This document shows, piece after piece, positions 47,644-57,408 of a stretch of DNA of 64,000 nucleotides (its first letter is position 1; every line of letters begins with the position of its first letter). Made by a program: the position numbers and the translations under genes. The DNA is taken from the NCBI GenBank assembly GCA_963707025.1, contig CAVPOM010000006.1, positions 737,191 to 801,190 on the forward strand, given 5' to 3'. The notes under the pieces are model-generated. The model ran no database searches, was not told the origin of the DNA, and was given only the letters and a program-made list of their open reading frames with translations. The stretch comes from an uncultured Verrucomicrobiae bacterium. Lineage in GTDB: Bacteria; Verrucomicrobiota; Verrucomicrobiia; Limisphaerales; Palsa-1400.

Positions 47644-49939
47644 CTATGGCTTGGACTTGATGATCACCGTGGTCGAGTTGGTGTCGTTGAGATGGTAGTT
47701 CTCAGGCTGGTTGGTGCCTCTGAGATTGAATTCATCGGAATGGCGGATTACCGGATGGCCGGTTTTTTTGGCTTTTTCGGCATCGTCCTTTTCTTGTTTT
47801 GTGAGGGCTTTGGCGGCCTCGTCGTTGCGCTGGTCTTCATCCCGGCGAATTTCCATCTCCGCCTGTTTGACGGCGGCCATTTTATCCCGTTGTTGGGTGG
47901 CAGCCAGGGCGGCCTCCCGCGGGTCGTTGAGGACGGTGGGCCGCATCAGGACAATCAGCTCGGTGCGGGTGTTTTGCGCGGAGGAGCTTTTAAACAAGTT
48001 GCCGAGCACCGGAATATTCATCAACCAGGGCACGCCGGAGTGGTCCAGGGAGCGGCTGGCGCTGATGAAGCCGCCCAGGATGATGGTTTCCCCGCTCATG
48101 ACCTCGACCTTGGCGCCGGCATCGCGTTTGGTGGTGGTGGGAACGTTGCCCGCGCCGGGGATGGCCACGCTGGGCCCCAATTGCTCGATTTCCTGGTCAA
48201 TGTCCATGACGACCAGCCCATCCGGGTTGATGAGGGGCAGAACGCGCAGGCGGATGCCGACTTCCATTTGCTGGTAATTAACACTGGGGCCGGAGGAATA
48301 GCCGTAGTTCATGGTGCCGGTGACGTAGGGGACGGTGTTGCCGATGAACAGTTCGGCCTCGACGGCGTGGCAGGTTTGAATCTGCGGGCGGGACAGGACG
48401 CTGATGCGGCTGTCGCTGGCCACCGCTTCCAGGACGGCGTTGAAGTCGTTGCCATATTTGGCGAAATAACTGAATCCGCCGGGCAAGCTGGGCAGGATGG
48501 AGCTGGCCACGCCCGAGGCCGCGCCATTGGTGCTGGTTGACGTTCCGCTCAAAAACGTAGTGGCGCCTGAACTCAAATTCTGCGAGCCCCCGCGCCGGTG
48601 AATTGACCGCGGGTGGACTGGTTCTGGAGAAGGCTGAAGTTGAAGTTCTTGCCATCGGTCAGGTTGACTTCCAAGATGATCGCCTCGATGAGGACCTGGG
48701 CCAGAACGACATCCAGTTGCTTAACGATTTTTTTGATCATTTTCATGTCCTCGTCGTTGGCGAAGACGAGCAGGGAATTGGTCCGCTCATCGGCGATGAT
48801 CTTGGTCTGGCCGAAGAGGGAAAAACTGCCCGCGCCGCCGGCGGCGCCGTTGACGATGCTGCCCAGCCTGCCGGCAAAATTACTGGGCCGTCCGCCCGCG
48901 CCACCGCTCAAGCCTGTCTGCGCGGCCTGGCCATAGGCACCCCCTCCCGGCGACATGCCGCCGCCCGTGCCCATGCCCGTGCCGGTGGTGCCGGAGCTGG
49001 GTTTGAAATTCGCCCCGGTCGAGCTGCGGCCCACCGCGCCGCCGCCCTGCGCACCCAACTGGCTCAGGGCGGCGGAAATGTCCTCGGCCAGCGCGTAGCG
49101 GATGGGGATGACTTCGGATTTGATGGTGAGCGAGGATTCCACGTCCAGTTTCTCCACCATTTCCAGCATGCGCTTGACGTTTTCCGTGTAGTCGCGCAGA
49201 ATGAGGCTGGCCGTGCTCGGTATGTAAATGACGCTGGCGGGCGATTTGGCAAACAAACTCAGCGCCCGCACCACCTGGTCGGGGTCGGCGTACTTCAATT
49301 GCACGATCTCCGTGATGAACTTTCCAAACTCGGGCAACTTGGCGGCCGGGAGGCTGTAAGCCAGGCCGGCGGCCGCGGCCGCGTTGGCGTCGGTGACCAC
49401 TTTGAAAAACTTGTCGCCGATGGGGACGACGGTAATGCCGTTCATGCCCATCACGGTTTCCAGCGCCATGATCGCTTCGGACTTGGTCAGGTCGGACTGG
49501 GTCTTGAGGGTCAAAAGCGCGCCTTTGTCAACGGCCAGGCCTCCCGCGGCCGCGCGAAGCGGGGTGCGCCCGATCAGAGGCGCGTAAATCTCGTCGAGCA
49601 CCTGTTCGAAGGGCATGGTGAAATTGTAATGGATATCCGCCGGTTCGGGGGGAGCGGCGGGAGCGGGATTGGGCGGCGGCGCCAACGCTTGGGGAGGCAG
49701 GGTTGGGAGGCCGGCAGCATTGGGGGGGGCCGCGGTGGCGGAGGAATCGGGATTGGCCCCCGGCGCCGGGGGCGCGGGCGGGGCGGCGTTATTGGCGGAG
49801 GGCGACAGTCTGGCGGGGCGGGACTGGATGGGCCTTCCGGCCTGCGGCGGACCCAGCCCGGGGGGGCATTGGTTTGCGCGGCGGCCACCAGGGGCAGGGC
49901 CGTGAGCAAGGATAATGAGAAAACGTTTTTGAGTTTCAT
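47644..49939 (-). pseudogene. Type II secretion / type IV pilus secretin (GspD/PilQ family); two frame changes, both at homopolymer runs
   Basis: Signal peptide MKLKNVFSLSLLTALPLVAAAQ at 49939. N-domains (ORF 48573..49685: IVQLKYADPDQV..., KIIADERTNSLLVFANDEDMKMIKKIV). Secretin core (ORF 47644..48576: RISVLSRPQIQT...GVPWLMNIPVLGNLF). The shifts are at C5 (48587-48591) and G7 (49860-49866). Confidence 0.85.
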
Positions 49940-49979
49940 AATGTTTTCATGGGTGCATTCGCATCGGCGCGGGTTTCTA

Positions 49980-50816
49980 CTAGTCAACTTCCTTTCCCTG
50001 GACCGGCGTTCGCGGAGTCCGGCCTGGCACGGGCGGCCCGGCGGATCGGGCTGGCGCAGTCGGCCCGGGCGATCGGGCTGGCACAGGCGGGTTGGTGGGC
50101 GGGGCCAGCGTTTTTTTCGCCGGCGCCCGATTGACATTGGTGGCAGCGGAGGTCGGGCCGGTTCTTTGGGGGACGGACGTTGGAGCCTGGGCGGCGATCT
50201 TGGCGGGAGCGGCCGGTTTGAGCGGGGCTGCATTGGTCGCGACGTTTTTCTGGTAGTCAGCGGTCAAGGTGATGGAGGCGCTGAGTTTATAGCGTTGGGC
50301 GAGGTCCAATGGGTTCAAGGTCAGTTCCCAAACACGAATCATGGCGGGATCATTGCCCACATCGTAGAGGAATTTCACCAAGGCGTCCTCCGTGGCCTGG
50401 ACGGCGATTCTGACGGATTGGCGCGCAAAGAATTGATCGGACTGGCTGGACGGCCCAAGAAGCTGAGGGGCGACGTTGTTGATGGTTTGGATAAAAATGC
50501 CGTTGGCCCTGGCCTGGGCCGTCACGGTCTGCTCCAATTGGATTTCCTTGAACGAGACGGCGCCTTCCGGCTGCTTGGACAGATCGCGCAGGATCTTTTT
50601 ATAGCCGTCCACCTCATTGGTGTCCTTGAAGATGACGGCGTTGTTCGTGGCGATCTTCGCGCGTGTGGCCGCCAGCTCTTTTTGTAGCTTTCCGTAATCC
50701 TGGAAGTGGGGAACCACCAGCAAAAGATTCAGGACCACGAAGACCACCACGGCAATGGCGACCAGGATCCGCTTTTCCTGCGGGCGCAAATTCATGCTGT
50801 CGGACATGGCGCTCAT
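49980..50816 (-). CDS. PilO/GspM-like pilus/secretion assembly protein with a Pro/Ala-rich tail
   Basis: ATGA overlap with the upstream stop. A single N-terminal TM (ILVAIAVVVFVVLNLLLV), then a coiled segment. The family call rests on position and topology only. Confidence 0.5.
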   Translation of the reverse strand: MSAMSDSMNLRPQEKRILVAIAVVVFVVLNLLLVVPHFQDYGKLQKELAATRAKIATNNAVIFKDTNEVDGYKKILRDLSKQPEGAVSFKEIQLEQTVTAQARANGIFIQTINNVAPQLLGPSSQSDQFFARQSVRIAVQATEDALVKFLYDVGNDPAMIRVWELTLNPLDLAQRYKLSASITLTADYQKNVATNAAPLKPAAPAKIAAQAPTSVPQRTGPTSAATNVNRAPAKKTLAPPTNPPVPARSPGPTAPARSAGPPVPGRTPRTPVQGKEVD

Positions 50817-52186
50817 TGGCTTTCTTTGCTCCTGAGATTGCAAGTGAAACTCCAGGTCGTCCTGTTTCCCTGCACGCGAAGGGTGGGGACGGTGATGTCG
50901 GAGAAGAGCCGTCCGCTGTGGCTGGCATCCTCGGCCTGGCGCAAACCATCGTGGAAGGCATAAACGTCGTCCGGCTGCTCGGCGGCGACGCTGCCGCTCA
51001 CATCAATTCTGGTGCGGTTGAAATAGAAGGTTTCCAACGTCAGGCTCTCGGGCAGATTCTCCGCCACCGCCTTCCAGCAATCCAGGGCGGCATATTTGAG
51101 ATTCTGGCGCTGGGTGAGGATTCCGATCTTAAGATTGTCCCCCAGCGCGTTGGTGTACTCGGCCCCAACCCTGGCCAGATCGCGCTGGGCGTCAGTGTAG
51201 GTTTTATTGCAACCGTACAGGACGCCGAAATAGACGAGCGCGCCGAATATATAAACGCCGGCCACCGCCATCAGGCCGCGCATCCAGAGCCGGTCCACCA
51301 ATTGCTGGCGGTAACGCTTGCTGAACTCGGGAGGCAGCAAATTGGTGGTGGCGCCATTGTTCCCGGTCCGCTGGGCGCTGCGGGCCGCCAGCTCCGCCGG
51401 AGCCGCCGCAGGCACGACCTCCACGGCGTGATCGGCCCAGGCCGCGAAGAGCGGCTTCCAAGCTTCGGCTTCGCCGGGCTTGGCCACCAGATGGATGCGG
51501 GGCGGTCCGGTCAGCCAGCCCTCCAACTCGCCCGCCCAGGCGATTTGCTCGATGTGTGCCTTGAGTTGCGGGCCGTTCTCCGGGCTTGGCGCCACGGCCA
51601 GGAGCGTCAAATTTTGAATGGCGCCTCCGTAGTGCCAGGCCAGCAACGCCGGTTCGCCCGGTCCGCCGGGAAAGAACCAGAGGCCGTCCCCGTCCATTTT
51701 GGCCGTGAGCAACTGATCCAGCCCGGGGCATTCGATCCGGTCGGCCAGGAAACCCCGCCCCTCCAGTTCGCCCAAAAACTCCTCCACATAGCTGCGCGCG
51801 GCTATAATGACAATGACCGTCCGCAAAGCGTCCGGCTGGCCGGCGATGCGGGGCATCAAATAAAGGCTCCAGACAATATGAGTGACAGGCAGGGGTGAAA
51901 GTTTTTCCAGTTGCAGTTCCACCATGGAGGCGATTTCCGCCTCGTCGGCGCCGGGCAACTGCACGGCCCGGAAAAACACCTTGTCCGGCGGCAGCCAGGC
52001 GACGTTGAGCTTGGGGCGGAGGAAGGACTGCCAGCTTTTGCCTACCACGGCGGCCGGGGCCGCCTCCTGCAAGGTCAGCGTCTTGTCCCCGTCAAAGACA
52101 AAGTGGTCCCCCTTGGCGGAAAAGCGCCAAAGGCGGCGCCCGCCGGGCAGGGCTTGCAAAACGTTGGCGGAATACCAGCGCGACAT
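50813..52186 (-). CDS. GspL / PilM-PilN-like assembly protein
   Basis: 457-aa ORF with a TGATG overlap with the ATPase stop. A cytoplasmic N-domain, one TM (LMAVAGVYIFGALVYFGVL) and a PilN-like C-domain. Confidence 0.5.
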   Translation of the reverse strand: MSRWYSANVLQALPGGRRLWRFSAKGDHFVFDGDKTLTLQEAAPAAVVGKSWQSFLRPKLNVAWLPPDKVFFRAVQLPGADEAEIASMVELQLEKLSPLPVTHIVWSLYLMPRIAGQPDALRTVIVIIAARSYVEEFLGELEGRGFLADRIECPGLDQLLTAKMDGDGLWFFPGGPGEPALLAWHYGGAIQNLTLLAVAPSPENGPQLKAHIEQIAWAGELEGWLTGPPRIHLVAKPGEAEAWKPLFAAWADHAVEVVPAAAPAELAARSAQRTGNNGATTNLLPPEFSKRYRQQLVDRLWMRGLMAVAGVYIFGALVYFGVLYGCNKTYTDAQRDLARVGAEYTNALGDNLKIGILTQRQNLKYAALDCWKAVAENLPESLTLETFYFNRTRIDVSGSVAAEQPDDVYAFHDGLRQAEDASHSGRLFSDITVPTLRVQGNRTTWSFTCNLRSKESQ

Positions 52187-53940
52187 CAGGGGACCTTCTT
52201 GCGGAGGACTGTTTTCCCGTCTTCCGACAGCGCCATGAGATGCTCCTCGGTTTGGGTGACGCGCAGCACCTCCTCGATGGTGGTCTGGCCCGCCCGGACT
52301 TTTTTCCAGCCGTCGTTGCGCAAGGTGCGCATGCCGCGGGACATGGCCATTTGCGCGATGGTGGAGGAGACGGCCCGGCCCATGATGAGGGGGCGGATGG
52401 CCTCATCCATGAAGAGCAATTCGTAGATGCCCATGCGCCCTTGGTAGCCGAGCATGCGGCAATCCTCGCAGCCGGCCCCTTTGCAAAAGTCGGTGGTGGC
52501 GATTTCGTGCTCGGGAAAGCCCAGGCTCATCACATAATCGGGCTTCACCGGAATAATGATTTTGCACTTGGGACATATCGTCCGCACCAAGCGCTGGGCC
52601 AGCACCGCCTCCACCGAGGAGGCCACCAGGAACGGTTCAATCCCCATGTCAATCAACCGGGTAAAGGCGCTGGGGGCGTCGTTGGTGTGGAGGGTGCTGA
52701 AGACCAGGTGGCCGGTCAAGGCGGCGCGGATGGCGATTTCCGCCGTTTCCAGGTCGCGGATTTCCCCCACCATGATGACGTTGGGGTCCTGGCGGAGGAT
52801 GTGGCGCAGCCCCATGGCGAAGGTCAGTCCAATATCCCCGCGCACCGCGATCTGGTTGATTCCCTTCAACTCATATTCCACCGGCTCCTCGATGGTGATG
52901 ATCCGTTTGGTCACCGAATTGATCGTGCTGAGAAAGGCATAGAGCGAGGTGGATTTGCCCGACCCGGTCGGCCCGGTCACCAGAAAAATGCCGTGCGGTT
53001 TGACGATGATTTCGCGGATGTGATCTTCCTCCACTTTGTCAAAGCCCAGCTTTTCCAGGCTGAGGAAAATCTTGCCGCGGGTGAGCAGGCGCAAGGAAAC
53101 GCTTTCCCCATAAACGGTCGGCACGGTGGAAACGCGGATGTCTATTTCCTCCCCCTTGATGCGCACGTTGATGCGCCCGTCCTGGGGCAGGCGCTTCTCG
53201 GCGATGTTCATGCCGGACATGACTTTGATGCGGGAAATCAAGGAGGCCTGGTAACGCTTCAACTGCGCCGGCATGGGCGTCTGATGGAGGATGCCGTCAA
53301 TGCGGTAGCGGATGCGCAATTCGTCCTCCGCCGGCTCAAAATGAATGTCGGTGGCCCGGTCCTTGAAGGCCTCCCAGATGATCTGATTGACGAATTTGAT
53401 GACGCTGGCTTCCTGGTCGCTTTCCGTGATCTCCTTGTCCTCCACCAGCAATTCCAACGGCTCGTCCGCCCCGGCCATTTCGTCCAGGGTTTCGGCCCCC
53501 ACCCCGTAATACTTCTTCAGCGCTTTCTCCAGCTCGCTCCTGGTGGCCAGGCCAAAATGCACCGGATCGCGCGCGTCAAACTGCACGGCGTTGAGCATGG
53601 CCGTGTCGAAGGGATTGCTCACGGCGACCAGCAGCCGGCCATTGTCGAATTGAGCGGGCAGCACGCCATACTGGAAGGCGACCTTGGTGGAGATTTTTTT
53701 GCGGGCCTCGGGGGTCACCTCCATCTTGCCGATTTCAATAAAGGGCCAGCCCAGCGCCCTGGCCAGGTCCTGCAAAAAAAGGTCTTCGGAAGACCCCCGC
53801 TCGCGCGCCATGAAACTGAGGAGCGATTCCGGCGACCCCCCCTCCACAGCCAGCCGCCACGCCTTGCTCCAGGCCTCAAACTGCTGAGGGCTGGCCAGGT
53901 TGTGCTGCGCCAAAAGGCTTCTGATAGAGACAAGCGCCAT
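52186..53940 (-). CDS. Type II secretion / type IV pilus assembly ATPase (GspE/PilB family)
   Basis: Start at MALVSIRSLL (53940). Walker A GPTGSGKST. Walker B/Asp box IMVGEIRD. Tetracysteine CPKC...CEDC. His box. Confidence 0.9.
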   Translation of the reverse strand: MALVSIRSLLAQHNLASPQQFEAWSKAWRLAVEGGSPESLLSFMARERGSSEDLFLQDLARALGWPFIEIGKMEVTPEARKKISTKVAFQYGVLPAQFDNGRLLVAVSNPFDTAMLNAVQFDARDPVHFGLATRSELEKALKKYYGVGAETLDEMAGADEPLELLVEDKEITESDQEASVIKFVNQIIWEAFKDRATDIHFEPAEDELRIRYRIDGILHQTPMPAQLKRYQASLISRIKVMSGMNIAEKRLPQDGRINVRIKGEEIDIRVSTVPTVYGESVSLRLLTRGKIFLSLEKLGFDKVEEDHIREIIVKPHGIFLVTGPTGSGKSTSLYAFLSTINSVTKRIITIEEPVEYELKGINQIAVRGDIGLTFAMGLRHILRQDPNVIMVGEIRDLETAEIAIRAALTGHLVFSTLHTNDAPSAFTRLIDMGIEPFLVASSVEAVLAQRLVRTICPKCKIIIPVKPDYVMSLGFPEHEIATTDFCKGAGCEDCRMLGYQGRMGIYELLFMDEAIRPLIMGRAVSSTIAQMAMSRGMRTLRNDGWKKVRAGQTTIEEVLRVTQTEEHLMALSEDGKTVLRKKVP

Positions 53941-54054
53941 GCGTTCCTTTCCAATTCTTAAACAAGGCAGGATATAAAAAGTTTCGGCAAGGTCAAAGGA
54001 TTTGCGGCTATTTGCGCGGGTCCGGTATCGCTTTCTCAGGCATCCATCCCCATT

Positions 54055-54090
54055 CCCAATCTTAATCTTAATCTTGATCTTAATCCTCAT
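54055..54090 (-). repeat. Third copy of the hexamer repeat family: on the minus strand AGGAG-atgagg-attaag-atcaag-attaag-attaag-attggg
   Basis: The plus strand reads cccaat cttaat cttaat cttgat cttaat cctcat ctcct. It lies 115-150 nt upstream of the gspE/pilB start, in sense orientation relative to that gene. Confidence 0.9.
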
Positions 54091-54322
54091 CTCCTTTGCC
54101 CCCCGGCCGTCAGAACCGTGCCCTCCGATTTAGCTTGCCTGGGGGCCAGGACGGCTTTAGCGTGCCCCCATGCCTTGGGAAAATATGCGCGCCGAAGAAC
54201 TGGATTCTCCCTGGCCGCGCCATGATTTCAGCCAAGTCAATCAGTCCCCGGTGAAGCATCTCGGCCGGCGGCCTGGCAACATCAAAACGCGAGAGATTTA
54301 AAGACTCCAACCCAAAATTCTT

Positions 54323-55100
54323 ATGAAACGAAATGTGCTCTGTGCCGCCATGGTCCTTATGGCAGGATCGCTCCTGGCGGCCGATAAAGACGACGTCAGC
54401 GCCGCCATCGCCAAGCTGGCCGCGTCGGACAATTATAGCTGGAAAACTTCGACCACAAATATTCCTGCTCCAGGCGCCGATGCCAATGCCGGCGGCGGGC
54501 GCCGCGGGCGGGGCGGATTTGGCGGCGGGGCGGTGAGTGGCAAGGTCCAGAAAGATGGTTTGATCTATGTCTCCATGCCCGGACGCGGAGGCGCGGTGAC
54601 CCGAAGGGTATGTCAAAGGCACCAAAGGCGCGATCAAAGCCGGCGACGACGCCGCGTGGACCTCCCTGGCTGACGCGACCGCGGACGACGGCGGCGGCGG
54701 ATTCAATATGGCGGCCTTCGCCGCCAGACGCGTGCAGAACACCAAAGCCCCGGCCGATATTGCCAAGGACCTGCTGTCCAAAACCAAGACCGTCAGCAAG
54801 ACGGGCGACTTCTATACCGCAGCATTGACTGAGGACGGCGCCAAGGGGTTAATGACCGCCGGCTTTGGCGGTTTCCGCGGCGGTGGCGGCGGCCAAGGCC
54901 CGGACATCACCGGCGCAAAAGGCACCGTCAAGTTCTGGGTCAAGGATGGCATGCTGAGCAAATATGAGACCGAGGTGCAAGGCTCCATAGACTTTAACGG
55001 CAATTCCAGGGACATGCATCCTCTTACGACGATTGAAATCAGGGAGGTCGGCACGACGAAGATAGACGTGCCCGCCGAGGCCAAGAAGAGCCTCTCCTGA
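54323..55100 (+). pseudogene. Secreted Gly-rich hypothetical protein; one frame change near 54598-54602
   Basis: Signal peptide MKRNVLCAAMVLMAGSLLAA. ORF 54323..54673 continues in the frame of ORF 54708..55100 (junction ...GRGGAVT / EGYVKGTKGAIKAGDD). Confidence 0.5.
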
Positions 55101-55105
55101 CAATT

Positions 55106-55936
55106 CTATTTGACACAGCCGGACGGCTCCCTGCGGAGCTGTCCGGCCTTTTTTGTCTCCGCCGGCGCCGGTTTCCCATCCTCCGCGCAAGCGGCCAGCG
55201 TCTGTTCAACCGCGGCGGGCAGACGGAGAAAGCAGGTCTGGAGAATTTCCTGGCGGGCCGCTTCGGATAAACCCGCCGCGCGCCCCGCTCCCAAGGCCAG
55301 TCCGCAAAGCGTCTCCCGCGCGTAGGTGAAAAGGCCGTGCCGCAGCGGCCGGGAATAAACCGCCAGGGCGAGGCCATAGACCACGGTGTGCCAGCCCGCC
55401 GCGTCCCCCGCCTCCACGGCGGCCAGGTAGCGCTGCACGGTGCGTTCATCGCGCAAGGGCCGCAGCCGCTCCAGTTGGGCGCGGCCAGTCCGGCGGCTGG
55501 CGGAGGCGAAGGCGGGCCAGACCGGTTTGGTCTCCAGCTGCCGGTCCAGCGCGAGCAATTCCCGCAGATGGCCCCGCGCCGCCTGGGCGCGCGCCCGGGT
55601 GATGGCCGGCATTTCCAGCGGCACCAGAACATGGGTTTGGTAACCTTCCAGAAAATCGCGCAGACCGTTCCCGGCGCGGATGGCGCCCGGCGGCAGCCGC
55701 GCCGCCAGATTCTCCCAAAAGCCGTCCGGCGAGCCGAGCTGGCGCAGCAGGGCGGAAAACTCCCCCGGCAGCAGATCTGCTTCCTCCGGCGCGTTCTCCC
55801 GGCCTGGCGGCCGCGGTAGAGCGCTTGTTTCTGGCGGTCTCATGGGCTTCGCGTTGCCACGAACGTCGCTCAAAATTCCGTTCGCTCTGCCAGAGCCTAG
55901 CCGCCAGGCAGGCCCCGTCCAGCGGTAAAAGCTCAA
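55106..55936 (-). CDS. Hypothetical protein, weak UreF-like helical pattern
   Basis: 276-aa ORF (alternative start 55843). The segment WHTVVYGLALAVYSRPLRHGLFTYARETLCGLALGAGRAAGL loosely resembles the UreF core. No other urease genes are nearby. Confidence 0.4.
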   Translation of the reverse strand: MSFYRWTGPAWRLGSGRANGILSDVRGNAKPMRPPETSALPRPPGRENAPEEADLLPGEFSALLRQLGSPDGFWENLAARLPPGAIRAGNGLRDFLEGYQTHVLVPLEMPAITRARAQAARGHLRELLALDRQLETKPVWPAFASASRRTGRAQLERLRPLRDERTVQRYLAAVEAGDAAGWHTVVYGLALAVYSRPLRHGLFTYARETLCGLALGAGRAAGLSEAARQEILQTCFLRLPAAVEQTLAACAEDGKPAPAETKKAGQLRREPSGCVK

Positions 55937-56038
55937 AAAGAAAAATTTTTAAGTTGCATTTGCGCAAAATCGCAGTCTGCGCCCGGTTGGAAATTCCAGG
56001 CTGGCCAATTCTTTCCAGCCGGGTTAAATAACACGCCC

Positions 56039-56317
56039 ATGACCGGAAAACGTCACTGCCATCGTTGCGGATGGGAATGGACCCTGGCGGGCCAGCCCGG
56101 ACGCGGCGATTCCTGCAACCAATGCAACGCCGATTTGCGCGTCTGCCTCAATTGCGTCAGCTTCGATCCCCGCGTCGCCCACCAATGCCGCGACCGGCGG
56201 GCCGAGCCGGTGGAGGAGAAGGAGCGGGGGAATTTCTGCGAGTATTTTGAAATGGCCCGCCGCCCCTTCGTGGCCCGGGCCGGGAACAACCCGCGCGAAG
56301 CCGCCGCCCGCGATTAG
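56039..56317 (+). CDS. Small Cys-rich (zinc-ribbon-like) protein
   Basis: 92-aa ORF with CHRC...CNQC...CLNC...C and a NFCEYFE motif. Confidence 0.5.
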   Translation: MTGKRHCHRCGWEWTLAGQPGRGDSCNQCNADLRVCLNCVSFDPRVAHQCRDRRAEPVEEKERGNFCEYFEMARRPFVARAGNNPREAAARD

Positions 56318-56447
56318 TTGAAGAAATTATTCGGCGATTGATCCGGCCGGCGCGGCGCTTCCAATACGCGCCGGTGCGCCTGAAGTTCGCGCTGTCCTTG
56401 GTGCGCTTGTTGTCGGCGCGGATGCGGCCGGCCAGGGTCCGGCTGAC

Positions 56448-56654
56448 TGAATGTGCGCTGGTCCGTTTCCAAATGATTTCGTTCTGGAAATTTGTTGGCC
56501 CAAAAATTCCATCCAACAACATTCGCAGATAATGGTTCGCGGTCGGGTCGCCATGGAGATGCAGGCTGCCGGTGGGTTTGAGGACGCGGTCCAATCGCTC
56601 GGATGCCGTCCAAGACAAAAGGCCAGTGTTTCCAGTAGTTTCTTCGCTTACCCG
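56448..56654 (-). pseudogene. Relic of an N4/N6 DNA methyltransferase (internal fragment only)
   Basis: ...ERLDRVLKPTGSLHLHGDPTANHYLRMLLDGIFGPTNFQNEIIWKRTSAHS matches the conserved central block of beta-class DNA methylases. The DPPY and SAM-binding motifs are absent. A stop lies at about 56655-56657. Confidence 0.5.
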
Positions 56655-56747
56655 CTATCAATCAAGCGATTGGATTCGGCTGCACGGCGGTGCGCAAGGA
56701 CTGTAAGCAGCCGGGCAGTGTGAACCGGCCGATTCACGCGCGCTTCA

Positions 56748-57371
56748 TCAACCTTTGGCTGGTGCGCCGGCTTCGGCTTTCTTCGTTACGGCCTGGGCCT
56801 GGTCGAGCGCCACATTCAGCAGCAATACATTGACCCGCGCCTGGCCGAGAAAGCCCCACTGCGGCGGCTCAACGAATCGCTCAGTCAGCTCTTTGACTTT
56901 GTCCTCGCTCATGCCGCGCGAGGCGGCGACGCGGGAGATCTGAAGACGGGCCGCTTCGGGACTGATATGAGGGTCAAGGCCGCTGGCGGAGGCGAAGATC
57001 ATGTCGGCCGGCACGATGGTATTCGTCGGCAGGTTGTTCCCGCTGATGAATGCTGCGGCGTTGTTCACGACATTCGTATGCAAGGCCCCGCTGGTGGGTC
57101 CCAGGTTGCTGCCACTGGACGCAGTAATGCCCGTTCCCCCCGTGCCGTAGCTGCAAGCCGACGGCCGCGGCCAGAAATAATTGGTGCCTTGGAACTGCTG
57201 CGCCAACAAGGCGGAGCCAATGAGTTTTCCGTCCTGTTCCACCAGACTTCCATTCGCCTGTTTGGGAAACACGGTCTGGGCGAAGATCGTCATAACCACC
57301 GGATACATGACTCCGGCCACAATACTCCACAGAATGGTCTGTCTGACTGCTTGGATAATAAGTTTAATCAT
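56748..57371 (-). CDS. kdpC: Potassium-transporting ATPase subunit KdpC
   Basis: Intact. Start at MIKLIIQAVRQT. Motifs SASGLDPHISPEAA and GMSEDKVKELT. Confidence 0.9.
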   Translation of the reverse strand: MIKLIIQAVRQTILWSIVAGVMYPVVMTIFAQTVFPKQANGSLVEQDGKLIGSALLAQQFQGTNYFWPRPSACSYGTGGTGITASSGSNLGPTSGALHTNVVNNAAAFISGNNLPTNTIVPADMIFASASGLDPHISPEAARLQISRVAASRGMSEDKVKELTERFVEPPQWGFLGQARVNVLLLNVALDQAQAVTKKAEAGAPAKG

Positions 57372-57408
57372 AGTATTTCCTTGTTTGTAACTTTTGGCAT
57401 GAGCGGTA

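Noticed and set aside
48603-50687. 694-aa plus-strand ORF
   Set aside because: It is antisense to the secretin and PilO-like genes. Its Gly/Arg-rich composition carries no motifs. It is a shadow ORF.
52240-53961. 573-aa plus-strand ORF
   Set aside because: It is antisense to the GspE/PilB ATPase, whose Walker and tetracysteine motifs are unambiguous on the minus strand.
53941-54090. 50-codon N-terminal extension of GspE/PilB beginning MRIKIKIKIKIG
   Set aside because: The extension is just the hexamer repeat read in frame. The AGGAG abuts the ATG with no spacer. Homology begins at MALVSIRSLL (53940). An open frame over 150 nt is not surprising at this GC content.
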